64,000 bases of DNA from Christensenellaceae bacterium (GCA_045591355.1 JAZNSS010000029.1:51739-115738); one strand, 5' to 3'; positions 18,053 through 28,327 are shown, numbered from the stretch's first letter. Notes: generated from the sequence alone by a model not told the origin. Translations and numbers: made by a program.

Positions 18053-19075
18053 TTACTTAATTTCGCTGAAGTATTTGATGGTTCTAACCATTTGGCTGGT
18101 GTAAGAGTTTTCGTTGTCATACCAAGAAACAACTTGAACTTGAGTTTTGCCGTCTGCCATTGGGATAACCATGGTTTGGGTAGCATCAAATAAAGAACCG
18201 AATCTCATACCGATAACGTCTGAAGAAACGATTTCGTCGGTGTTGTAACCGAATGATTCGTTAGCAGCAGCCTTCATAGCAGCATTGATTTCGTCTTTGG
18301 TAACAGCCTTGTCTACAACTGCAACTAAAATGGTGGTTGAACCGGTAGCAGTTGGAACACGTTGAGCAGAACCGATTAGTTTGCCGTTAAGTTCAGGAAT
18401 AACTAAGCCGATTGCCTTAGCAGCGCCGGTGCTGTTTGGAACGATGTTCATAGCGCCTGCTCTTGAACGTCTCTTATCACCCTTTCTTTGTGGACCGTCA
18501 AGAATCATTTGGTCACCGGTGTAAGCGTGAACGGTGGTCATGATACCTGCTTCGATAGGAGCAAGGTCGTTAAGTGCCTTAGCCATAGGAGCAAGACAGT
18601 TAGTTGTGCAAGATGCAGCAGAGATGATTAGATCATCTTTGGTTAAGCTCTTGTGGTTTACGTTGTAAACGATGGTTGGAAGGTCGTTACCTGCTGGAGC
18701 AGAAATAACAACTTTTTTAGCACCTGCTTGAATGTGTGCTTGTGCCTTTTCTTTGCTGGTGTAGAAACCCGTGCATTCTAATACAACGTCAACGTCGTAT
18801 TTAGCCCAAGGACAATCTGCAGCGTTCTTTTCAGCAGAGATTTTGATTTCCTTACCGTCAACGATAATAGAATCTTCGGTAGATGCTACGGTGTGACCTG
18901 CAGCAACGTAGTTACCTTGCATTGTGTCATACTTTAATAAATGAGCAAGCATTTCAGGACTTGTTAAGTCGTTGATAGCAACAACTTCATATCCTTCAGC
19001 GCCGAACATTTGACGGAAAGCAAGACGACCAATACGGCCAAAACCGTTAATTGCAACTTTTGTTACTTTTGACAT
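18053..19075 (-). CDS. gap: type I glyceraldehyde-3-phosphate dehydrogenase
   Basis: [22 protein letters not shown]-terminus and the active-site region [12 protein letters not shown]. The real start is the ATG at 19075 with a GGAGG RBS; the ORF-track start at 19090 translates through the RBS. Confidence 0.95.
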   Translation of the reverse strand: MSKVTKVAINGFGRIGRLAFRQMFGAEGYEVVAINDLTSPEMLAHLLKYDTMQGNYVAAGHTVASTEDSIIVDGKEIKISAEKNAADCPWAKYDVDVVLECTGFYTSKEKAQAHIQAGAKKVVISAPAGNDLPTIVYNVNHKSLTKDDLIISAASCTTNCLAPMAKALNDLAPIEAGIMTTVHAYTGDQMILDGPQRKGDKRRSRAGAMNIVPNSTGAAKAIGLVIPELNGKLIGSAQRVPTATGSTTILVAVVDKAVTKDEINAAMKAAANESFGYNTDEIVSSDVIGMRFGSLFDATQTMVIPMADGKTQVQVVSWYDNENSYTSQMVRTIKYFSEIK

Positions 19076-19162
19076 TTTTATGTCCTCCAAAAATTTGTTT
19101 TATTTTTTTATTTCCAATACATTTTATAATATATTTTTGCAATAGTCAAACAATTTTACCAT

Positions 19163-20278
19163 TTATTTTAAATTTTCGGGGTTCAAACATTGCAAGTCGG
19201 AAGGAATAAATCTACCGTCCTTTCTAATAAGTTCGCCGTCGATATAAATTTCGCCCCCACCGTATTCAGGAGTTTGAATATAAACCAAGTCCCAATGAAT
19301 TGCAGATTGATTTCCGTTATCACAATCGTCATAGCAACTGCCGGGGGTAAAATGGATAGAGCCCGATATCTTTTCGTCGAAAAGAATATCCCCCATAGGC
19401 TTGGTTATATAAGGGTTTACCCCAAAAGCAAATTCGCCAACGTATCTTGCGCCTTCGTCGGTATCGAAAATTGCGTTAAGTTTTACGTTATCGTTGCCCG
19501 TCGCTTTAATTATTTTACCGTCTTTGAAGGTTAAGCAAACGTTCTCAAACTTAAAGCCGTTCTCTACTGACGGAGTATTGTAAGTTATTACACCGTTTAC
19601 GCTATCCTTTACGGGCGCAGTATAAATTTCACCGTCGGGAATATTACATCTGCCCGAACACTTTTTACTGCCAATACCTTTAATAGAAAAACTTAAATCG
19701 GTGCCAACGCCAAGAATACGAACTTTATCAGCCTTATCAAGCCTTATTTTTAGCGCATCCATAGCCTTGTCCATTTTAGAATAATCAAGGTTGCAAACCT
19801 TAAAATAAAAGTCTTCAAAAGCATCGGTGCTCATACCTGCTTGGCTAGCCATACCTTGGTTAGGATAACGCAAAACCACCCACTTGGTCTTTTTAACACG
19901 AATTTCGTGATGAACGGGGTGAGTGTAATAAAGGCTTTCTGCGTTCATTTTGTCTTCGGGAACGTCGGATAATTCGTTGCAATTTTCACCACCACGAACA
20001 CCGATATACGCGTCCATTTCAGCCATTCTTGCGCTGTCGTATTTAGCGCGTAGTTTTGCTTGTTCTTCGCTCTGTCCTAAAAGAAGTTGTCTAGTAACAC
20101 GGTTATCGTAAATTTCCACGAAAGGCATAGCGCCCACGCTATATGCTTCTTTTACAAGAGCGTTAACTAGCATATAATCAATGCCCTTGGCTTCGATTAA
20201 AACTTTTTCGCCCTTTTTTAGTTGACAAGAATAGTTTATAAGCCCTTTGGCAAGTTGTTCAATTCTTAAATCTTGCAT
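19163..20278 (-). CDS. M29-family aminopeptidase (AmpS/PepS-like)
   Basis: The N-terminus MQDLRIEQLAKGLINYSCQLKKGEKVLIE follows the pattern of thermophilic-metalloprotease M29 aminopeptidases; 371 aa. Confidence 0.7.
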   Translation of the reverse strand: MQDLRIEQLAKGLINYSCQLKKGEKVLIEAKGIDYMLVNALVKEAYSVGAMPFVEIYDNRVTRQLLLGQSEEQAKLRAKYDSARMAEMDAYIGVRGGENCNELSDVPEDKMNAESLYYTHPVHHEIRVKKTKWVVLRYPNQGMASQAGMSTDAFEDFYFKVCNLDYSKMDKAMDALKIRLDKADKVRILGVGTDLSFSIKGIGSKKCSGRCNIPDGEIYTAPVKDSVNGVITYNTPSVENGFKFENVCLTFKDGKIIKATGNDNVKLNAIFDTDEGARYVGEFAFGVNPYITKPMGDILFDEKISGSIHFTPGSCYDDCDNGNQSAIHWDLVYIQTPEYGGGEIYIDGELIRKDGRFIPSDLQCLNPENLK

Positions 20279-20449
20279 AAGTTACCCCTTTAAGGTTAAT
20301 TTTTAAATACATTATAGACTTTTTTTATAAAAATATAAAGTATTTTAACTAGAATTGCAAAAATATTTGCCATTTATAAAAAAACTGTGTATAATAAGAA
20401 GCGTTGAAAATTTTTTATAAAATAAAGTTTAATTTTGGAGGAATACAAA

Positions 20450-21436
20450 ATGGCATTAGTAAACACCAAAAAAATGTTTGAACAAGCCGCTAAAAACGGT
20501 TATGCAATCGGCGCGTTCAACGTAAACAACATGGAAATCGTTCAAGGTATTACCGAAGCATGCAAAGAAGAAAACGCTCCTGTAATTTTACAAGTTAGTA
20601 AGGGCGCAAGAGCATACGCTAACCACACCTACCTTGTTAAACTAGTTGAAGCAGCAGTTGCAGAATGTCCTGAAATTCCAATCGCACTTCACTTAGACCA
20701 CGGTCCAGACTTTGAAACTTGTAAAGCATGTATCGACGGTGGCTTCACTTCAGTTATGATTGACGGTTCTCACCTTTCTTTTGAAGAAAACGTTGCTCTT
20801 ACCAAAAAGGTTGTTGAATACGCACACGCACACAACCCATACGTTACCGTTGAAGGCGAATTAGGAACTTTAGCAGGTATTGAAGACGACGTTAAGGTAG
20901 AAGCAGGTCACGAATCTTACACCAGACCAGAAGAAGTTATCGAATTCGTTGAAAGAACGGGTGTAGATAGCCTTGCAATCGCTATCGGAACTTCACACGG
21001 CGCATACAAGTTCACCCCAGAACAATGCACCAGAAACGCTGACGGCGTTCTAGTTCCCCCTCCACTACGTTTTGATATACTAAAGGCAGTTGCTGAAAAA
21101 CTTGGCGACTTCCCAATCGTTTTACACGGCTCATCTTCAGTTCCACAAGAATACGTTAAAATGGTTAACGAATTCGGTGGAAAAATGCCAAACGCTATCG
21201 GCGTTCCAGAAGAACAATTAAGAGAAGCGGCAAAACTTTCAGTTTGCAAAATCAACATCGACTCTGACCTTCGTTTAGCAATGACCGGAACTATCAGAAA
21301 GTTCTATGCTGAACACCCAGACAAGTTCGACCCAAGAGAATACTTAAAGCCAGCACGTGCAAACATTAAAGAAATCGTTAGACATAAGTTAATTAACGTT
21401 TTAGGTTGCGCAGGCAAAGCAGACGAATGCAAATAA
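20450..21436 (+). CDS. fba: class II fructose-1,6-bisphosphate aldolase
   Basis: MALVNTKKMFEQAAKNGYAIGAFNVNNME N-terminus; metal-binding His residues in ALHLDHG and TSHGAYKF. Start at 20450 after a GGAGGA RBS. Confidence 0.95.
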   Translation: MALVNTKKMFEQAAKNGYAIGAFNVNNMEIVQGITEACKEENAPVILQVSKGARAYANHTYLVKLVEAAVAECPEIPIALHLDHGPDFETCKACIDGGFTSVMIDGSHLSFEENVALTKKVVEYAHAHNPYVTVEGELGTLAGIEDDVKVEAGHESYTRPEEVIEFVERTGVDSLAIAIGTSHGAYKFTPEQCTRNADGVLVPPPLRFDILKAVAEKLGDFPIVLHGSSSVPQEYVKMVNEFGGKMPNAIGVPEEQLREAAKLSVCKINIDSDLRLAMTGTIRKFYAEHPDKFDPREYLKPARANIKEIVRHKLINVLGCAGKADECK

Positions 21437-21462
21437 TTAAAAATTTTAATTAAAAACATTTT

Positions 21463-21490
21463 AACCCACCTATTTTAGGTGGGTTTTTTG
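21463..21490 (+). terminator. rho-independent terminator after fba
   Basis: Stem ACCCACCT / AGGTGGGT with loop ATTTT, followed by TTTTTG. Confidence 0.75.
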
Positions 21491-21499
21491 TTTGTATAT

Positions 21500-22440
21500 G
21501 GATTTATCCCTTGCAAAGCAAGGTGCGTTTTTTCCGTCATACTGAGCATAGTCGAAGTATCCCCTTTATAAAAAGCAAAAGAGATTCTTCCACTCCTTTC
21601 AGTCGGTCAGAATGACTAGGGATTGTTTCTTTTTTATCAGTAAAAAATAAAATAACCTTAATTAAATTCCTTTGAAATTTCATACCCCATAGCAAAGCCC
21701 TTTTTTAATGCAAATAAATATGTATTTTCTTGACTAATAAGTGCTTCTTCGCCCAAAACTATTTCAAACGCACGGAATTTTTCTTTTTGTTCTTTGTTCA
21801 AACTATTCCAAAATTCATCATGAATTCTCATTGACTCTGCCTTATTAATCCTTTTATCACGTTCAGTTTTAATAGTTTTTTCTAATTTCTCTAAATCTTC
21901 ATTAAAACCTTGCAAAAATAAATCTTTCATAAACACTCCTAAAAATAAAATTTAATTAGTTCTCTTTTCTATTATACAATAATAAAAAATCAAATGCTTG
22001 ACAGTTCATGAAATATGAACAACTTTTTTTAAAAGAAAATTTTTAGAAAAATCACAAAAATTAATATCCAACACCTTGCTAAAGCAAGGGGCGTTTGTAG
22101 GGGTGTGGGGAGAATCGCAACTCCCCACGCCTTTTTGTTTCTTTTTCAGCAGTGAAAAAGAAAAACCAACTTAATATCCTTGCTAAATAATATCACAAAT
22201 TATACACGATAACTACACAGAGATTCTTCGACTTCGCTCAGAATGACGACACTTGCCCAAAATATACAAACCGACAAAATACTTTTATTACCTTGCAAAG
22301 CAAGGGGCGTTTCAAGGGGTGTGGGGGAAATCGCAATTCCCCACGCCTTTTTGTTTCTTTTTCAGCAATGAAAAAGAAAATAATGACTAAACATGCTTTT
22401 TTACTTCTTTTTCAATATTGAAAAAGAAAAACGACTTTTA
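21500..22440. repeat. intergenic cluster of repeated hairpin/terminator modules (A: CCTTGCAAAGCAAGG, 3 copies plus 1 partial; B: GGCGT..GTGGGGGAA-ATCGCAA-TTCCCCACGCC+T-run, 2 copies; C: AGAGATTCTTC..TCAGAATGAC, 2 copies; D: TTCTTTTTCA-NNNN-TGAAAAAGAA, 3 copies)
   Basis: Found by eye. Module A occurs at 21511, 22077 and 22289, with a partial copy at 22170. The A+B unit is near-identical at 22077-22155 and 22289-22384. Module D occurs at 22130, 22360 and 22408. Confidence 0.6.
21658..21936 (-). CDS. hypothetical 92-aa charged/helical protein embedded in the repeat region
   Basis: ORF only; I recognise no family. Upstream on the minus strand is the palindrome GTTCATatttcATGAAC (22003-22020). 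Confidence 0.35.
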   Translation of the reverse strand: MFMKDLFLQGFNEDLEKLEKTIKTERDKRINKAESMRIHDEFWNSLNKEQKEKFRAFEIVLGEEALISQENTYLFALKKGFAMGYEISKEFN

Positions 22441-22444
22441 ATAT

Positions 22445-22472
22445 TGACTTTGACATATTTTTTTGTTATAGT
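22445..22472 (+). promoter_or_regulatory. putative promoter of the SGNH hydrolase tandem (TTGACT - 16 nt - TATAGT)
   Basis: TTGACT at 22445-22450 and TATAGT at 22467-22472; AGGAGCG RBS at 22491 before the ATG at 22505. Confidence 0.45.
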
Positions 22473-22504
22473 CTTTTTAGCCTATAATTTAGGAGCGTGT
22501 AACA

Positions 22505-23599
22505 ATGAATATTTCTGACATCGACAGTAATTTTAAGCAAAATTGTTTAGCAAATTGCCCTTACGATATAGAGTGGCACGACGTTTGTAGCGACAACTTC
22601 GCTATGCACGGCATTTTCTATTCTAAAAAGGACGACGGGTTTTTAAGACTACCAAAAGATATAGCGCAAGGTATTAGCGAAAACGTTGGTTTTCTAAGCG
22701 AACACACGGCAGGTGGAAGGCTTAGAATTCGCACCGACTCCCCCGTAATAGCCTATCAAGTTACACTTAAATACGTAGGGCTAATGGTTCATATGCCACT
22801 AACGGGTCAAATGGGTTTCGGTTTTTATACGGACAACAAATTTGAAGGCTCTTTTACCCCCACTTACGACCAAGTTAACGATAGAACGGGTGACGTTATT
22901 TACACGTGTAATTTTCACCATACAATATACCCGAAGAAAAAGGGTGAATTTTATGATTACGACTTGTATTTTCCACTATACAACCCTGTAACGGCACTTA
23001 CCATAGGCTTTCCAAAAGGTAGCAAATTCGAAAAACCAAGAGAATACAAACACAAAACACCTATTCTCTACTACGGTTCATCAATAACCCAAGGGGGTTG
23101 CGCAGGTCACCCCGGAAACGAATATCAAGGTCACCTATCACGTGAACTTGATACAGATTATATTAACCTAGGTTTTTCAGGTAGCGCAAAGGGTGAACCG
23201 GCAATGTGTGATTATATAACTTCCCTACCACATTCGATATTCGTTATGGACTATGACCATAACGCCCCTAACGCACAACACTTGCAAGATACCCATTATG
23301 CGTTTTATAAAAGGTATAGAGAAAAGTGTAAAGACACGCCTATAATTTTTGCAACCAGACCTGACTGCTGGTATAGAAAGGAAGAAAAACAACGTGTTGC
23401 TATTATTAAAAACACTTACAAAAAAGCGTTGGAAGACGGGGATAAAAACGTTTATTTCATTCAAGGTAAGAACTTTTTTGGCAAAGATAAATTCTCTTGC
23501 ACTATAGATTCTTGCCACCCTAACGATTTAGGTTTTTATAAAATGGCTAAAACCTTTTATCCAATACTTAAAAAATTATTAGACGAAAAGGAAAACTAA
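22505..23599 (+). CDS. SGNH/GDSL-family hydrolase with an N-terminal beta-domain (paralog 1)
   Basis: C-terminal SGNH block YYGSSITQGG .. GFSGSAKG .. DSCHPNDLGF, and a GxDLY-like motif YDYDLYF in the N-terminal domain. Confidence 0.65.
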   Translation: MNISDIDSNFKQNCLANCPYDIEWHDVCSDNFAMHGIFYSKKDDGFLRLPKDIAQGISENVGFLSEHTAGGRLRIRTDSPVIAYQVTLKYVGLMVHMPLTGQMGFGFYTDNKFEGSFTPTYDQVNDRTGDVIYTCNFHHTIYPKKKGEFYDYDLYFPLYNPVTALTIGFPKGSKFEKPREYKHKTPILYYGSSITQGGCAGHPGNEYQGHLSRELDTDYINLGFSGSAKGEPAMCDYITSLPHSIFVMDYDHNAPNAQHLQDTHYAFYKRYREKCKDTPIIFATRPDCWYRKEEKQRVAIIKNTYKKALEDGDKNVYFIQGKNFFGKDKFSCTIDSCHPNDLGFYKMAKTFYPILKKLLDEKEN

Positions 23600-23600
23600 A

Positions 23601-24764
23601 ATGGGAATTGAACAAATTGACAAAAATTTTAAGCCAAGTGGCGTTTCTTCAAACGACCTAGTTTGGCAAAACTGTAAAAATAAACCTTTTGACGTGCGTG
23701 GGGTTTTCTATTCGGAAAAGGACAAAGCGTATATGCGCTTCCCCGTAGAAGAAGCCGAAAAAATCGGTCTAGGATATATGGTTTATGCAGACTGTTCTGC
23801 AGGTGGAAGAATTCGTTTCGTTACCAACTCCCCTAAAATTGCAATTAAAGTTACGGCAAGGGTTGCCGAAGGGGTTGTTTCGTCATCTGCAACGCTTACC
23901 AACCTTTACGGAATTTCCGTTTATAACGGCAAAAAGTTTATGGGCAAAATCGCACCCGAACTAAACACCGTTTTATCTGCAATCGGCGATACTCCTATGA
24001 CCTATTTTGCTGGCGCAGATTCTGCTTATACTAGAATGCAAGACTTCCGTGACGGAAAATACAAAGTGGAATATGCAGGCGAACTCAACTTTGAAAAGCA
24101 CACCGACCTTAAGCCCCCATATCTTATTACCCTTTGCCTTCCACTTTACGGTGGGGTGAGAGACGTTTTAGTTGGGGTAAAGGACGGTTGCACTATTTTT
24201 GAGCCACCAAAATATAAACACGATAACTATATTTGTTTTTACGGCTCTAGCGTAACCCACGGGGGTTGCGCAACAAGACCGGGCTGTGACTACGTTAACT
24301 TGCTTTCACAAATGCTTGATAGCGACGTTTATAATATAGGGCTTACAGGCTCTGCTAAGGGTGGCAAAGATGCAGAAGAATATCTTGCTAAACTTAACCC
24401 TTCAATATATTTTATTGATTACGACCACAACTCCCCTAGCGTAGAACATTATTCTCAAACACACTACCCTTTATATAAGGCTATAAGAACGGCACGTCCT
24501 ACCACACCTATCGTTTTTGCAACAAGAGTTGGCGCAGACTATTACCTTGACGATTACCAGCAAAGAATAGAAGTGGTTAAAGAAACCGTGCGCAAAGCAA
24601 AAGAAGACGGCGATAATAACGTTTATTTTATAGACGGCTCTAAAATCTTTCCATTCACAACGGGTGGAGATTGCACGATAGACGGTTGCCACCCTAACGA
24701 CCTAGGCTTTAAACTTATGGCAGACGCTTTCTACCCCGTCCTAAAAGAAATTTTGGAAAAGTAA
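23601..24764 (+). CDS. SGNH/GDSL-family hydrolase with an N-terminal beta-domain (paralog 2, tandem duplicate)
   Basis: Same architecture as paralog 1: FYGSSVTHGG .. GLTGSAKG .. DGCHPNDLGF. Begins 2 nt after the stop of paralog 1. Confidence 0.65.
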   Translation: MGIEQIDKNFKPSGVSSNDLVWQNCKNKPFDVRGVFYSEKDKAYMRFPVEEAEKIGLGYMVYADCSAGGRIRFVTNSPKIAIKVTARVAEGVVSSSATLTNLYGISVYNGKKFMGKIAPELNTVLSAIGDTPMTYFAGADSAYTRMQDFRDGKYKVEYAGELNFEKHTDLKPPYLITLCLPLYGGVRDVLVGVKDGCTIFEPPKYKHDNYICFYGSSVTHGGCATRPGCDYVNLLSQMLDSDVYNIGLTGSAKGGKDAEEYLAKLNPSIYFIDYDHNSPSVEHYSQTHYPLYKAIRTARPTTPIVFATRVGADYYLDDYQQRIEVVKETVRKAKEDGDNNVYFIDGSKIFPFTTGGDCTIDGCHPNDLGFKLMADAFYPVLKEILEK

Positions 24765-24781
24765 AACTTAGGAGAATTTTT

Positions 24782-26086
24782 ATGAAAAGAAACTTGCTAC
24801 TTAAAATTTTAACTTGTATGCTTTTGGTGTGCGCTATTGCATCTTGTTTAACGGCTTGTGGCGATAAAGAGAATTCTCAAAAAATAAAGTATTGCTTAAA
24901 TAATGACGGAAAAAGTTATGCAGTTGCAGGCGTGGAACAGTGCTTGAACACGGAAATAGAAATACCAACCGAGTATTTAGGTAAGCCTGTAACTGCAATA
25001 CAAAGTAGCGCTTTTAAAAATAATTCCACCATAACATCTATTTATATCCCAAACAGCGTAACAAGTATAGGTAACTATGCATTCGAAAATTGCACATCAC
25101 TAACAAGCATAACAATCGGAGAAAATATATCAAATATAGGTGCAAATGCGTTCTTTAATTGTTATAGACTAGTAGAGGTTATTAATAAATCCATGCATAT
25201 AACTGTAGAAAAAGGTGGAACAAGTAATGGACATGTTGGTGAATATGCTTTAGCCGTTTATAACAGTAATGATACCTTTAACGGAACAAAACTTTCTAAC
25301 GATGATGGATACATAATATATGCTGACGACACAGAAAATATTTTAGTTGGATATAATGGAACTGCAAATGATTTGACTCTACCAGCTTATATTACTAATA
25401 TCAACAATTATGCGATGTGTGGTTACACTTCATTAACAAATATAGCAATCGGAAATAACGTAACAAGTATAGGTCTCGGTGCGTTTTATGGTTGCAATTC
25501 TTTAACAAGCATAACTATTCCGTTTGTGGGAGAACATAAAAATGCAACTTATAATTCGCATTTTGGATATATTTTTGGAGCAAATACCGCAACTTTTAAC
25601 TATAACCATGTTCCCGAATCTTTAAAAACAGTAATAATAACTGGTGGTTCAAGCATTGCCTCTTCTGCGTTTTCCGACTGCAACTCACTAACAAGTATAG
25701 TTATCAGTGATAGTATAACTACCATAGGTAATTTTGCATTCAGTCAATGTGATTCACTATTAAGCATAACAATCCCAAACAGTGTAACAAATTTGGGGCT
25801 ATCTGCGTTCTATAACTGTCTTTCACTAGAAAGAGTAGTTATTGGTGACGGAGTGATTAATATAGATTCTTCTACGTTTTCAAATTGTTACTCGCTAAAA
25901 AGTGTAGTAATAGGTAACAGTGTAGATAGTATAGGTCTTTTTGCTTTCAGTAGATGTGGCTCATTAACAGATATAACATACAATGGAACGATTGACGAAT
26001 GGAATGCTATAGAAAAAGTTTATGATTGGAATACAAACATTCCTGCAACCGAAATAGTTTGTTCCGACGGCGTAGTAGATATTTAA
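24782..26086 (+). CDS. BspA-like leucine-rich-repeat surface lipoprotein
   Basis: Signal peptide with lipobox LTAC, followed by ~12 repeats of the form IPNSVTSIGNYAFENCTSLTSITI (LRR_5 / BspA type). Confidence 0.75.
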   Translation: MKRNLLLKILTCMLLVCAIASCLTACGDKENSQKIKYCLNNDGKSYAVAGVEQCLNTEIEIPTEYLGKPVTAIQSSAFKNNSTITSIYIPNSVTSIGNYAFENCTSLTSITIGENISNIGANAFFNCYRLVEVINKSMHITVEKGGTSNGHVGEYALAVYNSNDTFNGTKLSNDDGYIIYADDTENILVGYNGTANDLTLPAYITNINNYAMCGYTSLTNIAIGNNVTSIGLGAFYGCNSLTSITIPFVGEHKNATYNSHFGYIFGANTATFNYNHVPESLKTVIITGGSSIASSAFSDCNSLTSIVISDSITTIGNFAFSQCDSLLSITIPNSVTNLGLSAFYNCLSLERVVIGDGVINIDSSTFSNCYSLKSVVIGNSVDSIGLFAFSRCGSLTDITYNGTIDEWNAIEKVYDWNTNIPATEIVCSDGVVDI

Positions 26087-26104
26087 TAACAACTAAAAAT
26101 CCAA

Positions 26105-26140
26105 AAACACTCTCTTAAAAAGGGAGTGTTTTTCTTTTTT
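26105..26140 (+). terminator. terminator after the LRR lipoprotein gene
   Basis: Stem ACACTCTC / GGGAGTGT followed by TTTTTCTTTTTT. Confidence 0.6.
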
Positions 26141-26197
26141 ATTATATTTGACAAAACTTTCGAATAAACATATTTATATCAATCTTTAGGAGACAAA

Positions 26198-27715
26198 ATG
26201 AGAAAGTTTTTTCAAACGGTTGCGCTAGTTTCCGTGTTTTCTATAAGCGAAAAAATTCTTGGCTTTTTATATCGTATTTATCTTTCCCACTCTATTGGCG
26301 CTGAAGGTATAGGTCTATACTCTATTGCCCTTTCGGTTTTTGGGCTTTTGTATACTCTTTGTTCGTCGGGTGTTCCCGTAACCGTTTCTAGGCTTATGAT
26401 GAAATACAAGGCAGAAAACAAGCCCAGAAAAGTTTCTCACATAATATCTTCTGGAATATTTTTAACCCTATTAACAACCATACCCGTTTGCGCTATATTT
26501 TATATTTTTGGCAACAAGTTTACCTTTTTATTTGCCGACAGCCGTGCCGTAAAAATATTTTTAGTAATGTTGCCGGGGCTTGTGTTTACAAGCGTATATT
26601 CGGTATTGCGTGGGGTTTTTTGGGGCAATAAAGACTTTTTGCCATACAGCATTATTGAACTTTTAGAAGAAATATGTATGATTGTGGTAGGAATTATTTT
26701 AATTAGTTTTTCCACAACCGTTTATCAAGGCGCTTACCGTGCAGGGGTTAGCGTGCTAATATCATACCTACTTTCCTTTACCCTTGCCGTTATAGTTTTC
26801 TTTTTCAGAAAGAATAAACTAGCAAATCCTATCCCCGAACTTAAACCACTTTTTAAGTCGGCAACGCCCATTACGGCTATGCGAACGGCTAGTTCGTTTG
26901 CAATGTCGCTAGTATCCATAATTTTACCGTTTAGGTTAATGGCAAGTGGAATTACGCAATCGGACAGTATGCGTTTATTCGGCGCTACTATGGGGCAAGC
27001 GTTTCCTATAATATCTATTCCAACAACCCTTATCGGCTCTTTTACCTTGGTGCTAATCCCAGAAATTTCCGAAAACTTTTACTCTAAACGACACTTTTAC
27101 CTAAAGCGAGACGTGGAAAAGGCAATAAAATTCACCACGGCTTTAACCTTAATTTTTATACCCGTCTTTTTTGTATGTGGCGAAGAAATAGGCATGGTTG
27201 TTTTTGGCGAATATCAATGTGGAGTTTACGTTACGGCATCTAGTTTTCTAATGCTTTTTATGAGTTTATCTAGCGTGTCTACTTCTATGCTCAACTCTAT
27301 GGGAAAGGAAACCAAAACCCTATTTTACTTTGTGTTAGGTGGCGTTCTAATGCTCCTTTCCATTTGGTTTTTGCCACCCGTTATAGGAATATATTCTTTA
27401 ATCGTAGGGTTTGGCTTTGCCTACGGGTTGACTGCCTTTTTCAATCTTAAACTACTAAACAAAAACTGCCCCGAAAAACCAAAGTATAAAACATTTTTAG
27501 TAAGGGCAATTTTAACAACTTTGCCGTCCATATTTTTTGGGCTTATGTTAGAAAAACTACTTCTTCCCGTAACGGGAACGGCTTTAACGCTAATATTATG
27601 CGCCCTACTTATCGTAGTGTTTAACTGTTTAATGTTTTTCGGGTTTGGAATTTTAACCTTCAAATCGGCAAAAGCAAACCTTAAAAAGATTTTTTGCAAA
27701 AAGAAAACGGCTTAA
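26198..27715 (+). CDS. MOP-superfamily flippase (Wzx/MurJ/SpoVB-like polysaccharide biosynthesis protein)
   Basis: 505 aa with ~14 TM helices; N-terminus KILGFLYRIYLSHSIGAEGIGLYSIALSVFGLLYTL is typical of the polysaccharide-biosynthesis flippase family. Confidence 0.7.
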   Translation: MRKFFQTVALVSVFSISEKILGFLYRIYLSHSIGAEGIGLYSIALSVFGLLYTLCSSGVPVTVSRLMMKYKAENKPRKVSHIISSGIFLTLLTTIPVCAIFYIFGNKFTFLFADSRAVKIFLVMLPGLVFTSVYSVLRGVFWGNKDFLPYSIIELLEEICMIVVGIILISFSTTVYQGAYRAGVSVLISYLLSFTLAVIVFFFRKNKLANPIPELKPLFKSATPITAMRTASSFAMSLVSIILPFRLMASGITQSDSMRLFGATMGQAFPIISIPTTLIGSFTLVLIPEISENFYSKRHFYLKRDVEKAIKFTTALTLIFIPVFFVCGEEIGMVVFGEYQCGVYVTASSFLMLFMSLSSVSTSMLNSMGKETKTLFYFVLGGVLMLLSIWFLPPVIGIYSLIVGFGFAYGLTAFFNLKLLNKNCPEKPKYKTFLVRAILTTLPSIFFGLMLEKLLLPVTGTALTLILCALLIVVFNCLMFFGFGILTFKSAKANLKKIFCKKKTA

Positions 27716-28327
27716 TTAAAAGCCGTTTTGTTTTTTTAGTAGTTTTGTTATCTTATCGAATAACGGAACTGCCACGAATAGCAACGCATAGTTTACAAGG
27801 CTGTTCCAAATTTGACCTTGAACAAACATTCTTGTAACTAAATACGCCCAGAAAGGAACTTTTCTTGTGTTATAAATAATCCAAAAAGCCGTTGTGTTTA
27901 TCGCTATGGTGCATAACAAAAAAGTAGCAACACAAACAAGCGCAACCTTAACGTATTTAGCGCCCTTAAACTTAAAAATAGGCGCATTCATAATAAGACC
28001 TGCAAAGGTAGCCGTAAGCCCCATACTTAAGCCAATCCACGGCATATACATAAACCCACCAGAGTTATACAAAAAGCCGACTAAGTCGCCTAAAAACGCA
28101 GCCATAAATCCGAAAACAGGACCAAGTAGCACGCCCGTAAAGGCTGAAAAGAATATCGTTAACGAGAACTGCGTATCTGCAAGTTTGAATTCAAAAAACA
28201 TATTGCATATAACGCAAAGGGCGCTCATAACGGCAATGTAAGCAATTCTTTTAGTAGTAGACGCTTGGCAAAGAAGGTCTGATAAAAGCCACCTTTTAAT
28301 ACTTTTAGACATAAAAAAATCTCCCAA
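27716..28327 (-). CDS. folT: ECF-transporter substrate-specific S component, FolT-like (folate family)
   Basis: 203-aa polytopic protein with the S-component fold pattern. Substrate assignment is inferred from the THF riboswitch in its 5' leader. Confidence 0.7.
   Translation of the reverse strand: MGDFFMSKSIKRWLLSDLLCQASTTKRIAYIAVMSALCVICNMFFEFKLADTQFSLTIFFSAFTGVLLGPVFGFMAAFLGDLVGFLYNSGGFMYMPWIGLSMGLTATFAGLIMNAPIFKFKGAKYVKVALVCVATFLLCTIAINTTAFWIIYNTRKVPFWAYLVTRMFVQGQIWNSLVNYALLFVAVPLFDKITKLLKKQNGF

Noticed and set aside
21500-22440. Considered whether the repeated hairpin modules form a CRISPR array.
   Set aside because: The repeats belong to at least four different sequence families, are not regularly spaced, are not separated by unique spacers of constant length, and no cas genes are present in the window.
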